NCBI GenBank assembly: GCA_002189035.1
Contig: NEEC01000011.1
Coordinates: 2,976,001-3,040,000, forward strand
DNA: 64,000 bases
Source of the DNA: Utricularia gibba
Taxonomy: Eukaryota > Plantae > Magnoliophyta
Reading direction: 5' to 3'
Part shown: in pieces, positions 1-13,241 of the stretch
Numbering within the stretch: the stretch's first letter is position 1
Layout of the letters: the number at the start of each line of letters is the position of its first letter
Notes under the pieces: generated by a model
What the model was told of the DNA's origin: nothing
The model's input: the letters and a program-made list of their open reading frames with translations, nothing else
Database searches by the model: none
Made by a program: the position numbers and the translations under genes

Positions 1-237
1 TTCAAAGCCAAACAATATTTACTATCTTGATATGCAATCATGACTACGCATCATTTTTGAATGGTTCCAACTACTTTTTGCGTACTGGAATTTTGCCCTG
101 AATAGCAGAAAATGGTAATGCCAAGCACATGCAACTAAGACAAATGTGACGAAGTCTAATGCATTTTTTGCCAGGACCACTGATAGAAAAGATGCATGGG
201 TTTAAGGCAGATCAGCAGGCCAAAACACAGCAAGCAG

Positions 238-3200
238 CTATTTCATGCCATTGCATATTCTGAAACCCTGTCAAACAGAAAAACTTCCAATACATAGCCC
301 CACTCATTCACCCTGTAAGCTTCATAAAGGTCAGTGGAAATACCTGGAATAAGAAGTAAAAATATCAGCGAAACTTAAAACCCTGGGAAAGAAAAAAGGG
401 CAGCATAAATGTGAACATATTCTATAGCAAGATATTGGTCAAGACTGAATCTACATTTAAGGTAAGATGAAGTAATGAACAACTGTCTATAATAATGCTA
501 CGTCTACAGTAACTAGCATCAGTTGTCCATCATTCTGCTATGATACTTGTTTAAAAAGCTGTCTTTTGCGTCAGCATCCAAAACAATTTCCCCAGATTAG
601 GTATACATCAAATGTTGCATCCTCTTTATGTTTCATACAACACTTCTAAGATCATGTGAATGCAGCAAATGGTTATCATAGCAGCATTTCTCATTTTCAA
701 CAGTTATGCATTCTCTTCTTTACCCTCAAAAGAGTTGGAATGAGCATAGCTGTCCACTCTCAGCTACGCTAACTTATCCATTAGTGAGTAGGCAGTGCAT
801 TACCTGATTCCAAATTTCCGGTATCCTAGGAGCGGCAGGTAACTCCTGAAACTTTCTCCTTTTTTGTTGCTTCTCCACTATAGGTTTAGCTGTTTTTTCT
901 GGGAGATCTTCTGTAGATGCTGTTGTGGTAGGAGTAATCACAGCATTCTCTGAAGAAGATGATTGTTTGAGAGATAAAGCAAGTTGCTGTAATGGTGTGG
1001 CCTGTGGATAGATTCCACCATAACCAGAATAACTTGTTGAGTTTGCCAAGGTAAAAGGATGACAAGATGTGTTTGCTACAGGTATTCCAGGATTCAGTGG
1101 TCGAATAGATGGAGATAGCGTTGCCTGGGATACAACATTACCAAAACCAACTGTAACAGTTGCACAAAATGATTCTGTGTCATGCAGTTTCGGCACATTT
1201 GTAGAAGGGATATGGACTCCATCTTGCAACTGAGGTGGGGGTGGAACAGCCCCATACACCTTACTTGAAGATACCCTACAGTATTAAAATAATATGTTCA
1301 AGTGTATGCAACTTCAAGAGTTAAATTTACATGTATAAGGCTTTTTCGAAGTTGTGGCAGTAATTATGGTTACCTACACGTATTGCAATCCTCGTACAGA
1401 TATACCACAAGGCTCATCTGGATAAAAGAATCATAAAAAAATATATTACCTAGATGCACCACAATCAGCACTGATTGTATCCAGAAGATTTTCAGCCAAC
1501 AATTTTGCATGTTCAAGCTTCTTTGCATCATTGCTGGATAATAACAAATGCAATGGTTGTTGTGATTCTATAAGCATAACAAAGCAAAAGATAGATCACC
1601 AATGAGTAGTACAAGACAGAAAGCGTAACAAAAAAAAAAAAAAAAAAAAGGCTGAAGTAACAACCATCACTCTGACTGTTGTAAGAATGTTTGGAGCCAC
1701 GCCCTCTCAACTGAACAGTTGCTCCTGTTTCATTCATAATGTGGTTTATATATTGATCCTGCAATACAATCCAGCCAAATCCAACACGAAAGAATCTCTC
1801 CAATTTGCGTGGAGAAAGCTTAAACCATTAGAGTCTTTTATTTTAAGCAGAGAAAAAAACTAAAATTCATCAAACTGAATACAAGTGCATTTTAACATCA
1901 AACTAAAATTCCGTTGAATGGAATTTATAATTCAATGAAGCTATTGGAGAAAAGATATTGAAAAAATAAATACACAGGGGACTTCAACACTCTAAATTCC
2001 TTTAAAAAACATGGAAGAGAATTCAGAGCAACTTGATGATAAAAATGGAAGGCAAAACAAAAAAGAACCAAAATGTTCAAACAATTAAAGGCTCACATTT
2101 GGGCCACGGATGCGAGATGCAACATCCATTGATGGGTCTGGCTCAAATCCCAAAAAGACACAGGTATTTAATAAGTGATCGACCTGCAAAGTATCATACA
2201 GGTCAAAAGCTCCCTAATTCTTCACGTTTGGTACTTCTCATAAGCCAAAAATACCTTATCTGGATTGCCTGTGGTTGCCTGATTCAACATTTCTTCAATC
2301 ATAGCTGCAGCATGATCCACAGCTTTGATTCGTTCAGCAGTTGTGCCCAACTGAAGCAACAATAATGTATGGAAAAAATTTTATAAAATACTACTACTTA
2401 AGAGGTAAGATGCAATTCAAAGTACTACAGAATCTCTTGTATGTTACTCAAGTGTGGTCTTGTCATGCCAAGGATTTAAAGAATCACGAATGGATTTGAG
2501 TTTAGGTTTTGCATAAAACAGGATTTCTTATAGTTTTTGGCACACTAGTAAATAACATACTACAAAAACCAGGAATAATTTGAATATCAACCCAGTGAGA
2601 ATGTTCACCAGCTTCCTGACTAGACAAGATACTTATACTTACATGTGAAGCTGCAGATATATGAAGATAGAGCGGTCTTTCTCCATCAGAAGGTGCATTG
2701 GGAGGACGGTACCTTCCTCTATAAATTCCACCGAGGTAGGTCATCAAAATATGAGTCACAGAAAAATTACTGAATTGAGCATTTTACCTTGTTATTACCA
2801 CTGCTCCAGTGTTCTTCTGAATCTGGAAATTGGTAAATATTAGTCAGTAATGCCATTCTTCAAAACAACTTTTCAGAGTTCTAAGATATCACAAGACAAA
2901 CACACAGTCACCTCTTCCTGTGTTTGGCGTTTTGTAAGCTTATACCGTACTGTAGAATCAGCATCATTTATCACGATTTCTCTTGCTATTAGTTCTTCTT
3001 GTATTTTTGGCTGCAGGATAACAGAGGAAGGCTATTAAATATCATATCACATAAACAAAATAAAGCAATTGGCTTTTTTTAAAAAAAGTGACACAATTGG
3101 GACAATGTCAATGATTGGATAATCAGTAGTCAAAACCATGCCTTCAGTGCTATCAATGCACCTGCCTTACCTGTAACAATTTCTGGACGATTGCAGTGGC

Positions 3201-3836
3201 ATGTTGCTGCAAAGGTACTTGAACAACAGGCATTGGGATGGCTCCAGAATGGGAAAATGGGATTGCAAGAGAGGCACTAGATAATGATGAAGCAGCAGAT
3301 AAAGCTGTCCCTGCCAAAAATCCCATGCTTGCAATGGGGAAGATTCCAGGAGAAACCAACGACTCATCTGGCTGGTCCCACTTTCTCTTTTTTCTACAGA
3401 ATTCCCCAAGAAAAACGACAGCACTGATAAAATACGTACTCGTTACGGGCAAATGGCTTGTCCAAAATCTAATCTTTTTCTTAGAAAGTCATCATCATCC
3501 ACCCTTCGCCTAACCACAGGAACTTCCAGCAGAAATCACTTAAAAAAAGCATAAGAACGTCTGTACAAAAGATCCTACAAATTAAATCTAGAAATATCAC
3601 CAAAAAAATCTATAGTGCTCTCGATCGTTTACCCTTATAAAACGGAAGAGGTCAAAGAACAAATTATCTAAACAGCCTTCTCCTAACCCTCATAGTTCCC
3701 CGATGAGAAACTGAAAATCAACACAAATTAACCAAAAAACCAGTTTTACGTTGAGATAACGCCTCTACCTTTGTTTCCCCGTTGAAATATCTGATTCCGA
3801 TGACGAAACCCTAGATAAGCTGTCCTCCGTCGTCAT
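238..3836 (-). CDS. RIK: RIK-like KH-domain protein (RS2-interacting KH protein), about 11 exons; 3' end uncertain
   Basis: Spliced by eye with GT-AG sites: MTTEDSLSRVSSSESDISTGKQR|KKRKWDQPDES...PKIQEELIAREIVINDA...KLTKRQTQEEIQKNTGAVVITRGRYRPP...PLYLHI...RIRGPNDQYINHIMNETGATVQLRGRGS...RRKFQELP. ATG at 3836. The last exon (GFRICNGMK*, 267-238) is tentative. Confidence 0.85.
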
Positions 3837-4139
3837 TCAACTTCTTCAATCTCCTCCCCTCCACAGCTTCTCCCCAAGGGATCAGAAATTCGTGATCCTT
3901 TGCTTCACTAAGCGGAGCACACCAACTGCATGGAAAACCCTTGCAAATTCACAATCGCTACCAGATCGCATACACGTTCCAGTCGCCCGTCGCCGACAAG
4001 CCGCAAAATAACGGCTGCTTCCGCGTGCAATCCACGTGACTTTGGTTGAGATGGTGGGTTATTATTATTATTTATTTACTACTATGCTTTTTTTCACCGC
4101 CATTTTCCGCTTATTTATTCTATATTTTTATAAATGTTT

Positions 4140-4194
4140 TGGGCCGAAAATTATTTTCACTCTTTATGAAGGGCCCATTGGAAAAATAGGCCCA
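4140..4194. promoter_or_regulatory. Site II (TGGGCC/GGCCCA) cluster in the divergent promoter of RIK and the DSPP-like gene
   Basis: TGGGCC at 4140-4145; GGCCCA at 4172-4177 and 4189-4194, between two head-to-head genes. Confidence 0.5.
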
Positions 4195-4753
4195 ATACTC
4201 GTAAGCTGTCCCAGACCTCAGGTACGGGGTCACCAACCTGTACCCAGACCTGTGGCTCGGACCGAACCTAAGGACTTTTTCATAGTTCTGTATTTGTAGT
4301 TTTTTCTTTAATGGCTTTTATTACCGAGTACCTGTCCGGAAAACAACAAAAAAAAAAAAAAGGAAAACTGAGCTCTGCAGGAGCGAGTAGTGGAAGGGGG
4401 GATATACACATAAATTTGTGTATGTATATGCGGCGAGGAGGAGAGGGGGTGTGAAAAAATTGTTGGAAGTTGTGTGTGTACGTTGTGAAGCGCGTGCTTG
4501 ATTGTTTATTTTAATGTCAAATTTTCATGTCGATTTGCTATTTTCCGATGTGAATTGGGCAAAGGTCTTGTAAATTTTGGGGAAAAATTGCGTGGTATGG
4601 TTTTCTGGGGCACTGGAGTGGGTTTAGAGGTTTTCCGGGTATTGTAGTTGGGCCTTCTCGTCATAATATTGTTGTCATTTGGTTTCCCTGTTGGAGGGTT
4701 AAATTTTGAGGCCGATATCTGTTAGCTATGAGTGCAAGATTATAGATGTGCAC

Positions 4754-7700
4754 ATGTTGCAGCGGCAGATTATGTTTAAACAGCTGAAGGAACTCCAGCA
4801 GGATCGGCAACTTCAGGAGTTGGGTGATTCCAGAAATCAGGAGTATGTGAATCAATTGGCTTCGTTGAAACAAGCTTCTGCGGTTCAATTTGGCTCCAAT
4901 GCTAATGGGGAACCTCTTCGTGATCCCCAAATGCATTCTTTGGGGAATATGCAAATGATGCAGCAGGGTGGAGCGAATGTTTACCAAGGATTCCCCACTG
5001 GCTTTCCAGGACAGAATCATGGTCAGGGCCCATCGATGCCGCAATTTGATGTGTCTGGTTATGGTTCACTAGCTTTAAATAGTGATAAGAACTTGGGTCT
5101 TTATTCTCAATTCCAAGGGCTCTCAAACCAGTCTGATAATATGTTGGCTAAGAATAATTACAAGACTCTTGGAACATCTGGTATAAATCCATCTGGTTTT
5201 TCGAGCTCTCTTGGTATCCAGCAGGCCAGTTACACCCCTGATCAAGTTAACATTGTGGATGGTGCAATGCTTCCGAATCACATGTTTCAGGAGAACAATA
5301 TTTTTGGGCAGGTTCCAGTTCAAAGTATGAATAATGACATCCTATCTGTAAATTATGCCAATCAAAGAATCAGAATGCAGAGAGACGAAGACACCTCTTG
5401 GCATGGGTCTTCTCCTTTAAAAACATCTAATCTGATCATTCCTGATCCTGATGCTTCTCTGGATCCTCTAGAAAGGAAAATACTGTATGAGACCGATGAT
5501 GACAGCCTGGGCCTTTTGCTTGGAGGGTGCCAGTTTGGTAGAGGAGATTTTCATGGAAGAATGGGAAACATCTCCTCTGGAGACAAGTTTCAATCTTCAC
5601 AAAGTGGCATATGGAGTGCCCTCGTGCAATCTGCTGTTGCAGAAGAAGACTGGAGTGGATTGAACTTCCATAACCGAGAACAGCCTGCTGACACTATTCC
5701 TTTGACTGTTATGAAAAATGAAAAGCATCAAAACGTTTGGGTTGATAGGAACTTGCATAATGCTTCTTCTCCAAGCCCAGATATTCAGAAATCAGATCTA
5801 AATTATGGTTTCCCCAGTTTGCAGCAATCGGGTGATCACTACCCCAAGCATGCTGAGGAATTGCAGCCCAACTCTTCCCATGCTTTAGGCCGGCAATTTC
5901 AGCCAAAGCATGCTACTGGAGGGACTCAGCTGTTCCAAAGTTCACCTACATCTAATGGTTTGCCTTTCCAATGTAAGAAATCGAATTTTTTTGCATGGTT
6001 TTTGAGAAATAACATGCATCTTTTTTTTCTGTGACTTTGTATTGCAGAGCTCTTTGATGTTAACGTGCTGTTATTTTGCTCTTTTCTAGGTGATGAGGCA
6101 AAGGGCACGCTATGGCTTCAGGGGGTACACCAATTTCTGCTTCTTCTGGTATGCAAGATACGTTTGATCAGGTTGGATGGCATCCATTCTTCTATTACCC
6201 TTAATAAATCTGAAGAAAAATATGAAAGCATAAATTGACTTACATCCCAAAGTTGATAGTTTATAATACACTTTCCGATTTGCAGGTTAACCATATGAAC
6301 GGTAATAGGTTTTCTGTTGAATCTCAGAAGATGGTTTCTGGGGGCAATGAGGAACCCTTGTCAACTACATTTTTGGGCTCTTCGGTTTCTCATGGACAAA
6401 ACATGAATGCTCAAAGGTCACTTGAGTTTGTTATTCGAGTCATGCATTAATCATCATATTTTCTCTAGTTAGTCTGATAATTGAGCCTTTTTGGTTGCAG
6501 GAGGATGGCCGAGCTCCTTAATAAGGATGAAATACAAAATGATATAATGCAATTGAATTCGAGATCCTCATATTCACCCATGGTATGTGATGGGAATTCA
6601 ATATTTTTGTCTAAAAAATTCCACTTACTAATAAAATCTCAATTGTCTTGTTGTGGATTCTGAAAAGAAGTTTTGCTTGCAGGGGGACTCAGGTGGCGCA
6701 TCTATTCAAAGTCATATGAATGATTACTCAAAGAATCCAAGTCCACAAAATCACATGGCAGCAAAATTTTCAGGACACGCCGCTTTATCCCAAGCTAATT
6801 TTAGGTCGCCAAGTGTATCTGCGGACTCACAGCATCTTCCGGGACCTCTCACTTCCTCGCCACATGTCTCTTCTCAACAAGAGTTGTCTTCTCCAAAAAC
6901 TCATAAGTTTCCTTCGAATTTGTTTCGGCCTAATGACTCATCTTCAACCCACCTAAAGGCCAGTTCAGCATCTCCAAATGAGCAGTCATCAGAGAAAGAA
7001 AGTCTTCTGAACCCATTTAAGATGCATAATTTGATTCCACTGTCAGCTTCTGTTTCTCAGCATCCTTCTCAACAAGCAGATGAAAAGGATACTGAGGTGC
7101 TTGCTTTTCCTTTTGGAATCAGAGCTGGCCAACCTTTGAATCAGAATAATCCCGTATTTCATCAAATGCTCTCTCCTAGGGATTCTGGAAATGATAAGAA
7201 GTCAGGTAGTAAATACGATGTTCACAATCAGCAGGCATTTGTGATTGGAGAAGATAATGAACGAAGCTCTCGAGCTGAAGCCCGAGAAGATCAGTCAGAC
7301 AAAGTTTCAGGATCGGCTGAAAATCAGGTTTTTCAGCCAGTGGAAATGTTTCGACATACAGAGTCTCATAGTCGGAATGAAACTTCTGATGGAGCATTTC
7401 CATCTCAAGCCAGTCTGCAAGTGACCCCATCCTGGTTTAAGAATTATGGAACCTTGAACAAATCTCAGCCGCCGTCTCAGTTAGCTACTGGGAATTTGCA
7501 AGAAAATGGCGCTATTGTCCAGAGAAACCCAGCTATTTCCAGCCAAGGAAATGGAGTATGTCCTGCTTCATGTTCCAGTATATTAGCTGGACCATTGCCA
7601 CAACATAATCTGTCTTCTGTTGATGCTGGTTCTCTGAATCTGGATGCTTCCATAGCAAAAAAGCGTAAAGTTGTCGCATTTGAGTCAATACCCTGGCATA

Positions 7701-8778
7701 AAGAAGTAAAGAATGATGCGCCAAGGCTTCAAAATTTAAGGTTCAGCTCTACTTTCTGCCATAAGAGCTTTAAAATTATTAGGTGAAATGAATTCTTATA
7801 TAGCGTGCATGTTTCTACAGCTTGGAAGAGTTAGAGTGGGCTCAGGCTTCAAATACCAAGCTAGAAGAGGTGAGGCAATGCTATATAGTTAATGCTAGCA
7901 TTGAGGGTTTCTGTAGTATTCAAAGTTCACCATTTAATCTCGGCCACCATTATCAGGTTAAGCGTGAAGCTGAACTCATTGATGAACTACCTGTTGTTCA
8001 AGCAAAAAAGCGGCTTGTTTTCACAACACTACTTATCCAGCAAATTTTGCGACCTGCCCCGGCTGTCATTCTCTCCGAAGATGCCAATTTGATATGTGAT
8101 GCGGTGGCGTATTTTACTTCCAGATTAGTACTGGGAGGTTTATGCAACCTGAAAAGCAAGCCACCATCAGATGCCGATGACACGTAAAAGTCTTTTCCCC
8201 ATTCACTCAAGGCAGATATCACAAGCGATGTTGTCTCACTCATTTTTCGTTAAAATTGCACAGATTAAAGGACAGGCCAAAAACTCCCGACAGAAGTGAT
8301 GCTGGCATTTCAAAAATTGTCGAAGGATTAGCAAGTAGAGTAAAGAAAATCGAAGCTGATCTGTCAAGGTAAAATATATTTTCATATTCTTGGGAATGAT
8401 ATGATCATGTTGGTCAAGAGACGAAGCTCATGGAAAGCTTGTTATGAAGTGAACGTTTCGCTACTATGCATGAACCTGTAACTATGAGTGTAACTTTTCA
8501 ACCTTTCTAATATGTTGGGAAACATGACTTGACTATGAACTCCATATTCCTGCAGGTTGGACAAAGGTCTATTAATGGTTGATGTCAAAGCTGAAAACCA
8601 GGAACTGGAAAAGATCTCTGTAATTAATCGTTTTGCTAGATTCCACAGTAGGCCTCATCAAAGTGCAGTTGATCAAGGGCCATCCTTGGGGCCGAAACCA
8701 CCCCATGTACTACGATATATATCAGCCTCCCCTATGCCAAAGGTGATACCAGAAGAATTAGACTGTCTTTCATTGTGA
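4754..8778 (+). CDS. Uncharacterised plant 'dentin sialophosphoprotein-like' family protein, multi-exon; start uncertain
   Basis: Family motifs MLQRQIMFKQLKEL, LDPLERKILYETDD, GIWSALVQSAVAEEDWSGL, PSWFKNYGT, KKRK...PWHKEV, EWAQASN, KKRLVFTTLLIQQ and NRFARFH, joined by GT-AG introns. Stop TGA at 8776-8778. Confidence 0.8.
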
Positions 8779-10602
8779 AACATAACTGACTCGGTTGCTA
8801 GTTGGGCCCTTAATCTATTTTTGAGGTACTAACGGTATATATATGTATGTTTCTGCATATGCGCATGAAAGAGACCAAGATTTAGGAGATAGCAACCACT
8901 TACCTTTTTCGTCAGGCAAGCTTCTTATTAGTTCATAGTATATCAATCTCCAGTGGGAACGAACTTCTCTGTCTCACTCTTGCTGCATTTGGTACTGTTC
9001 CGGATTACACTCTTTATGCCCCTAAGCTGTTGAAGTGGCTTTAGATTCTCCGCCCACACCACATTCCTTTTTTCTGTTCATGCTGCTGTAGTTCTTTGTA
9101 CTTCAATCCATTTTTCTGCACACAAATGTCCACTCATTTGAAAAGGTATAGAAAGCATTCTTTGGAATGTTCCACTTCTGATGAATCAGCACTTTTCTGC
9201 TGTTAGTTGATTATTCCTTGTGAGTACGAGGTTGTTCCCAGACAATGAAATGATTCTCTGGCACCACCAAGTGTCAGTGTCAGTGTGAAAAAGACAGGCC
9301 GCAACTCTTACTCTTTTATAGCCTTTTTTTATCATTATTACTGCATGACATGTCGGCAAAACATTCGAGGATTATTAACTGTTCCAGTTATTTCAACCAG
9401 GGATATCATTTTGCTGGGGAGATGTATCCCTTTTTTTGGGTCAGTTCCAATTCTGACAGTTGAGGTAGTGGTGGTGGGCTTTAGATATCAAAGCTTGTTT
9501 CCTTGGGCCATGGTCCCTTGTTTCCCCCTTTGTTTTTAAATTCCATCTGTTCATCTCTTAAACCCAAAGGCAGAGTTCCTTGCAACAAACAAGCTCAAGT
9601 TCATTAAAGAGCTCGACAAGGCTGTTAAGCTTCAGTTGTTAGAGGGTATGGTGATCCATCATTCAGTGGTGGGAAATGTTCAGGTTGTAAAGACACAACT
9701 CGGGGGTGTCTAGATAGTCTTCTCCCACGACGTGGAGTGAAACGGTGCATCGTTTATCCATCTTGTTAAGAGCTCTGTTTCTCACAACTATCCAAAGATG
9801 GAAGCTAACCGCGAGCACGCAGCAGGTGTCTGGAGTTGCTGAGATGGTTGCTTCTGATACAGTGTTGGTGGTGTGGGTCCTGTTCATGGCATCTGAGAAT
9901 TAGAAAGAAGATGAGTAAAAGCAACTACCAGATAAAATTCCATGACAGTAATGCAAGAAGTCAAGCTGTTTCTTCCTGCAATGACCTCTGAAAAGGCATC
10001 TATCTCCATGGTTCTGCGGTCTTAAAGCTCAAGACAGCCTCTAGTCAGCACCAGCTACTTCCATGGCATGATTCTTGGGTTTATGTCTTACAATGGTTCA
10101 TCATTTCTCATATTTTGGCCGGAGACCGATGTATGGGTAGACAGAGGAGGAGTTTCAGGAGGAACAAGTCCATCCGTGTGACTAGGCATATTTTCTGCAT
10201 CCAATTTTGTTCCAGTAGCGTGTGGTATGGGAACTGCAGTGCTCCCATACATTTTGATTGATGAAGGCACTGCATGCAGAAAAAAATCTCTCAAAAACCG
10301 CACCATAAGACAGTATGGAATCATCTGTTTGAAAACATCAGGCACAGGGACTAGCACTCCAGACTGGGTGCCAGCAGAAGCTACAGGTTGTCTCTGTCTA
10401 AGTCAGATATTCCAATCCCTGGAGAGAGCTCAATTAGTCCGAATCTTCAAATTCCAACCTATGACTACTCATTTCAGGCCTTAATCACTGAAATCATGAT
10501 CCCAAATTACATACTAAAAACATGTAAGAGGTTGTGTGTGTGTGCGGCATTGAAGGAATGTGCACAGCATGGTGTACCCAGTTGCTTCACTGTCCTCCCT
10601 CC

Positions 10603-12936
10603 CACATGCAAAGCTCTTTCCATGTGCCCCCATGTGCAACCCACACCCACAGCCAGTGCCACCCTAAAAATGCATCAAAACACACACACCCATTCCCTGT
10701 TTTATCCTTCCAAATCATCAAAAAGAGAGATTCAAGAAACATGGGTTGCAGAGGGTAGTTTGGGAATGTAGAGAGGCCAGCACCCCACACCCAGCGATGC
10801 TACAACACCAGCCCAGAAGTCATGGGATTCTCAGATCACATGACTGCCTTTATTTTTCTACTTTCCACTGTCATTGACAAAAATACCCCATACAGTAGTA
10901 CTATTTTTGCTTCTGCACATGAATTTCAAACACCAGTGCATTAAAAAGTAATCATCTTATAAATCCTTCTAAAGGCCTTCGATTCATTGGCTCAGAAATA
11001 TAACACAAGATGCAGAGTAGATCTACCAGATCAATATTTTTTCCCACAGCGTAAAACCAGTTAAAAACAAACTAACTAAAGGCAAGCTCTATACGTTTGG
11101 TGTAAAAGTAAATGTGGGGCTAGTGTCCCAAGCCTTTAGAGGGGGTACTCCACCACCGTCCGTCCTTATCAACGGGACTCCCCTAGATGAGTAGAGTAAT
11201 TCCGATGAAGGGTAAATAAATCGGGTCTCACCCTGTGTTTTTAACCCAACTTTGTGCTACCACAAGTGTACATTAAAAAATGACTATGTATATTTTGTTA
11301 GCATCCAGCAGCTTATAAACACGGATTAGAATGGACACTTACTTGTACTTGAAGAGGATGAGGATCAAAATTCCAAGGTCATTATTTTGTCACATGGCCG
11401 CATGGCAGATGCGCAGGCCGCGCCTGTGGCCTTCCATACCTCCATTAAAAACTGTCGTACGGAAACTCTGTGGCCTATACACCGGAAATTACATAAATAC
11501 CCCCACCCCCTTCTGCAAAAAAACGAAACTGAAGGGAAAAAAATTGTGCTAGCTGGAAAGACTAGGAAACATTTATTGCAGAGAGTAGAGAATAAAAATG
11601 TCACCTTCACTGTGAACCAGAGTGGCAGTTTGGTGATTATTTCTCAAAGTGAGGGGCAATAATCTCCGGTACCCCTTACTTAAACAGAGCATAACGCCAT
11701 TTTCCACCACCACCCGTTACACCGTCCAATCCCACTAAAACCGCCGTCCGCCGCGATGGGATCAAATCCGAGAGTTTCGCCCCCCGCCGGGAAAAGAAGA
11801 TCCCCCCATCGAATCCACCGCCGCCGCCTGCTCCCCGTCCACAAAGACGCGTCGATTTCCGAGAAACTGGAGGCTCTCCGGAGCCTAATCCCTAACGCCG
11901 ACGTGAATCCCGATCGGCTTTTCCAGGAAACCGCCGAGTACATTGTCTTCCTGGAAACACAGGTCGTCCTTCTCCAGAAACTCGTCGACTTCTACGGCGC
12001 TCATTCGCAAGAAAACCGCGACGGCCTATAGGAACAATGTTGCCATTTCCTCCCGGAGAAGCCTCCCAAGCTCGCTCGCTCGCCGCAATTTTCTTCTTCT
12101 CTTTGCTGTTCATCCCCTTTTTAACACACCCCCAAAAAAACAAAATCGCCGCCATTATGATTTAGTTCATTAGTTTGTTGTATATGTGCATAGTGCAGTA
12201 GTTTCTGGATCCCCCTCCCAGCCTTTCCATTTCCGGCCCGCCCTAAATCCCCAATTCAATTTATATTAATCCCCCCCAATTCCAAAATAATTAACAACAC
12301 ACAATTAGGGAGTCGCGAGAGTCACATGGACACCGCGACCCCGTGTCCCCGTCCTCGGTGACACGCCTCTCTCTACACTGCTAACTCACACCCCAACATT
12401 TCGTATTATTATTATTATTATTTAAATGGGAAATTAGTATTGAATCCTTATCTACAGGGGTATATTGGTAATTGTGGGGGACAGACCACATGGCATGTTA
12501 TTTTATGCCACTAGTGGCGGGAGACACTTGTTTATACAGACCACGTGCTGGCTCTCAATACCTTTGTCTCTTATTCCCCTCGTGCCTTTTCTCTCCCCCC
12601 AATCGCCATTCCATTCGCAGCACTAGCAGTAGTAGTACTTTTTCGTCTTCCATTTTTTTTTTTCAAATTTATTTTATTAAATTTATTTCGAAAACAGGTC
12701 GTCGGGTTGATGTACGGAAATGATTGGTGTTACTCAGGGAGGATTAGGGCTTAGGAGGAGCCCCTGGATGGCGACGTGGGGTCTCGTGGAGTCCAGATCC
12801 TGGATTACACGCTTAATGTTGCGTCCATTTTGGATTAGAATTGTGCGTCATTATCCCCACCCCCCACCGTACAAGCAGTTATTTTCCATGTGTAGAGGGG
12901 ACTTGGAGTCCATCACATGGGCGCAAGTGTCATGTG
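10603..12936. promoter_or_regulatory. Cluster of E-boxes (CACATG/CATGTG, CACGTG) and AuxRE-like sites flanking the small bHLH gene
   Basis: 12 PBE/G-box hexamers at 10603, 10621, 10631, 10837, 10916, 11391, 12323, 12487, 12542, 12887, 12914 and 12931. TGTCCC/GGGACA/GAGACA at 12345, 12478 and 12521. Confidence 0.55.
11756..12031 (+). CDS. Small atypical (non-DNA-binding) bHLH, P1R/PAR/IBH1-related, 91 aa, intronless
   Basis: ISEKLEALRSLIP...DRLFQETAEYIVFLETQVVLLQKLVDFY is the HLH signature of the P1R1/P1R3-type atypical bHLHs. Confidence 0.85.
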   Translation: MGSNPRVSPPAGKRRSPHRIHRRRLLPVHKDASISEKLEALRSLIPNADVNPDRLFQETAEYIVFLETQVVLLQKLVDFYGAHSQENRDGL

Positions 12937-13241
12937 CGTTATTAACTCAATCCAGCCTGGTTCCTGCATTATTACGTGCAATCAAGGCACCGAATAAAAA
13001 TGGTGTTGTTCCACCACTTGCCCCCTTGTGCATACTGCACGTTCCCGATTTCCAAGTCTGAGAAGGCGAGGGTTAGTCACAGAAATGATCATTTATTACA
13101 AAGTGTTATTCCTAGTGCAGACAGACAGACGCTGAATGGATGGATATCTTGCAAAAACAATGTGAATCAAGAAGTTTTTTGAGGGTATTAAAGAAGGGGG
13201 AATGGAGGAGGAAAATGCTGATATATAGTGGTTACCTGGGA

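Noticed and set aside
6090-6175. Possible seventh G-run frameshift (6121-6125) in the DSPP-like gene
   Set aside because: An in-frame splice (CTG|gtatgc at 6148/6149) explains the region without a frameshift; unresolved without RNA data.
9128-9146. ACTCATTTGA resembling a miR828/TAS4 site
   Set aside because: Only a 10-nt core matches; the flanks do not pair.
10038-10105. Minus-strand ATGATGA...CTGA, C/D snoRNA-like
   Set aside because: No terminal stem, and the rRNA-like 9-mer is in the sense rather than the guide orientation.
10421-10445. GAGAGCTCAATTAGTCCGAA resembling a miR159/319 star arm
   Set aside because: Only partial similarity, and no complementary mature arm nearby to form a precursor.
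10598-10610. TCCCACATG resembling the snRNA/telomerase-RNA USE element
   Set aside because: Mismatch to RTCCCACATCG and no correctly spaced TATA; better explained as a PBE-box.
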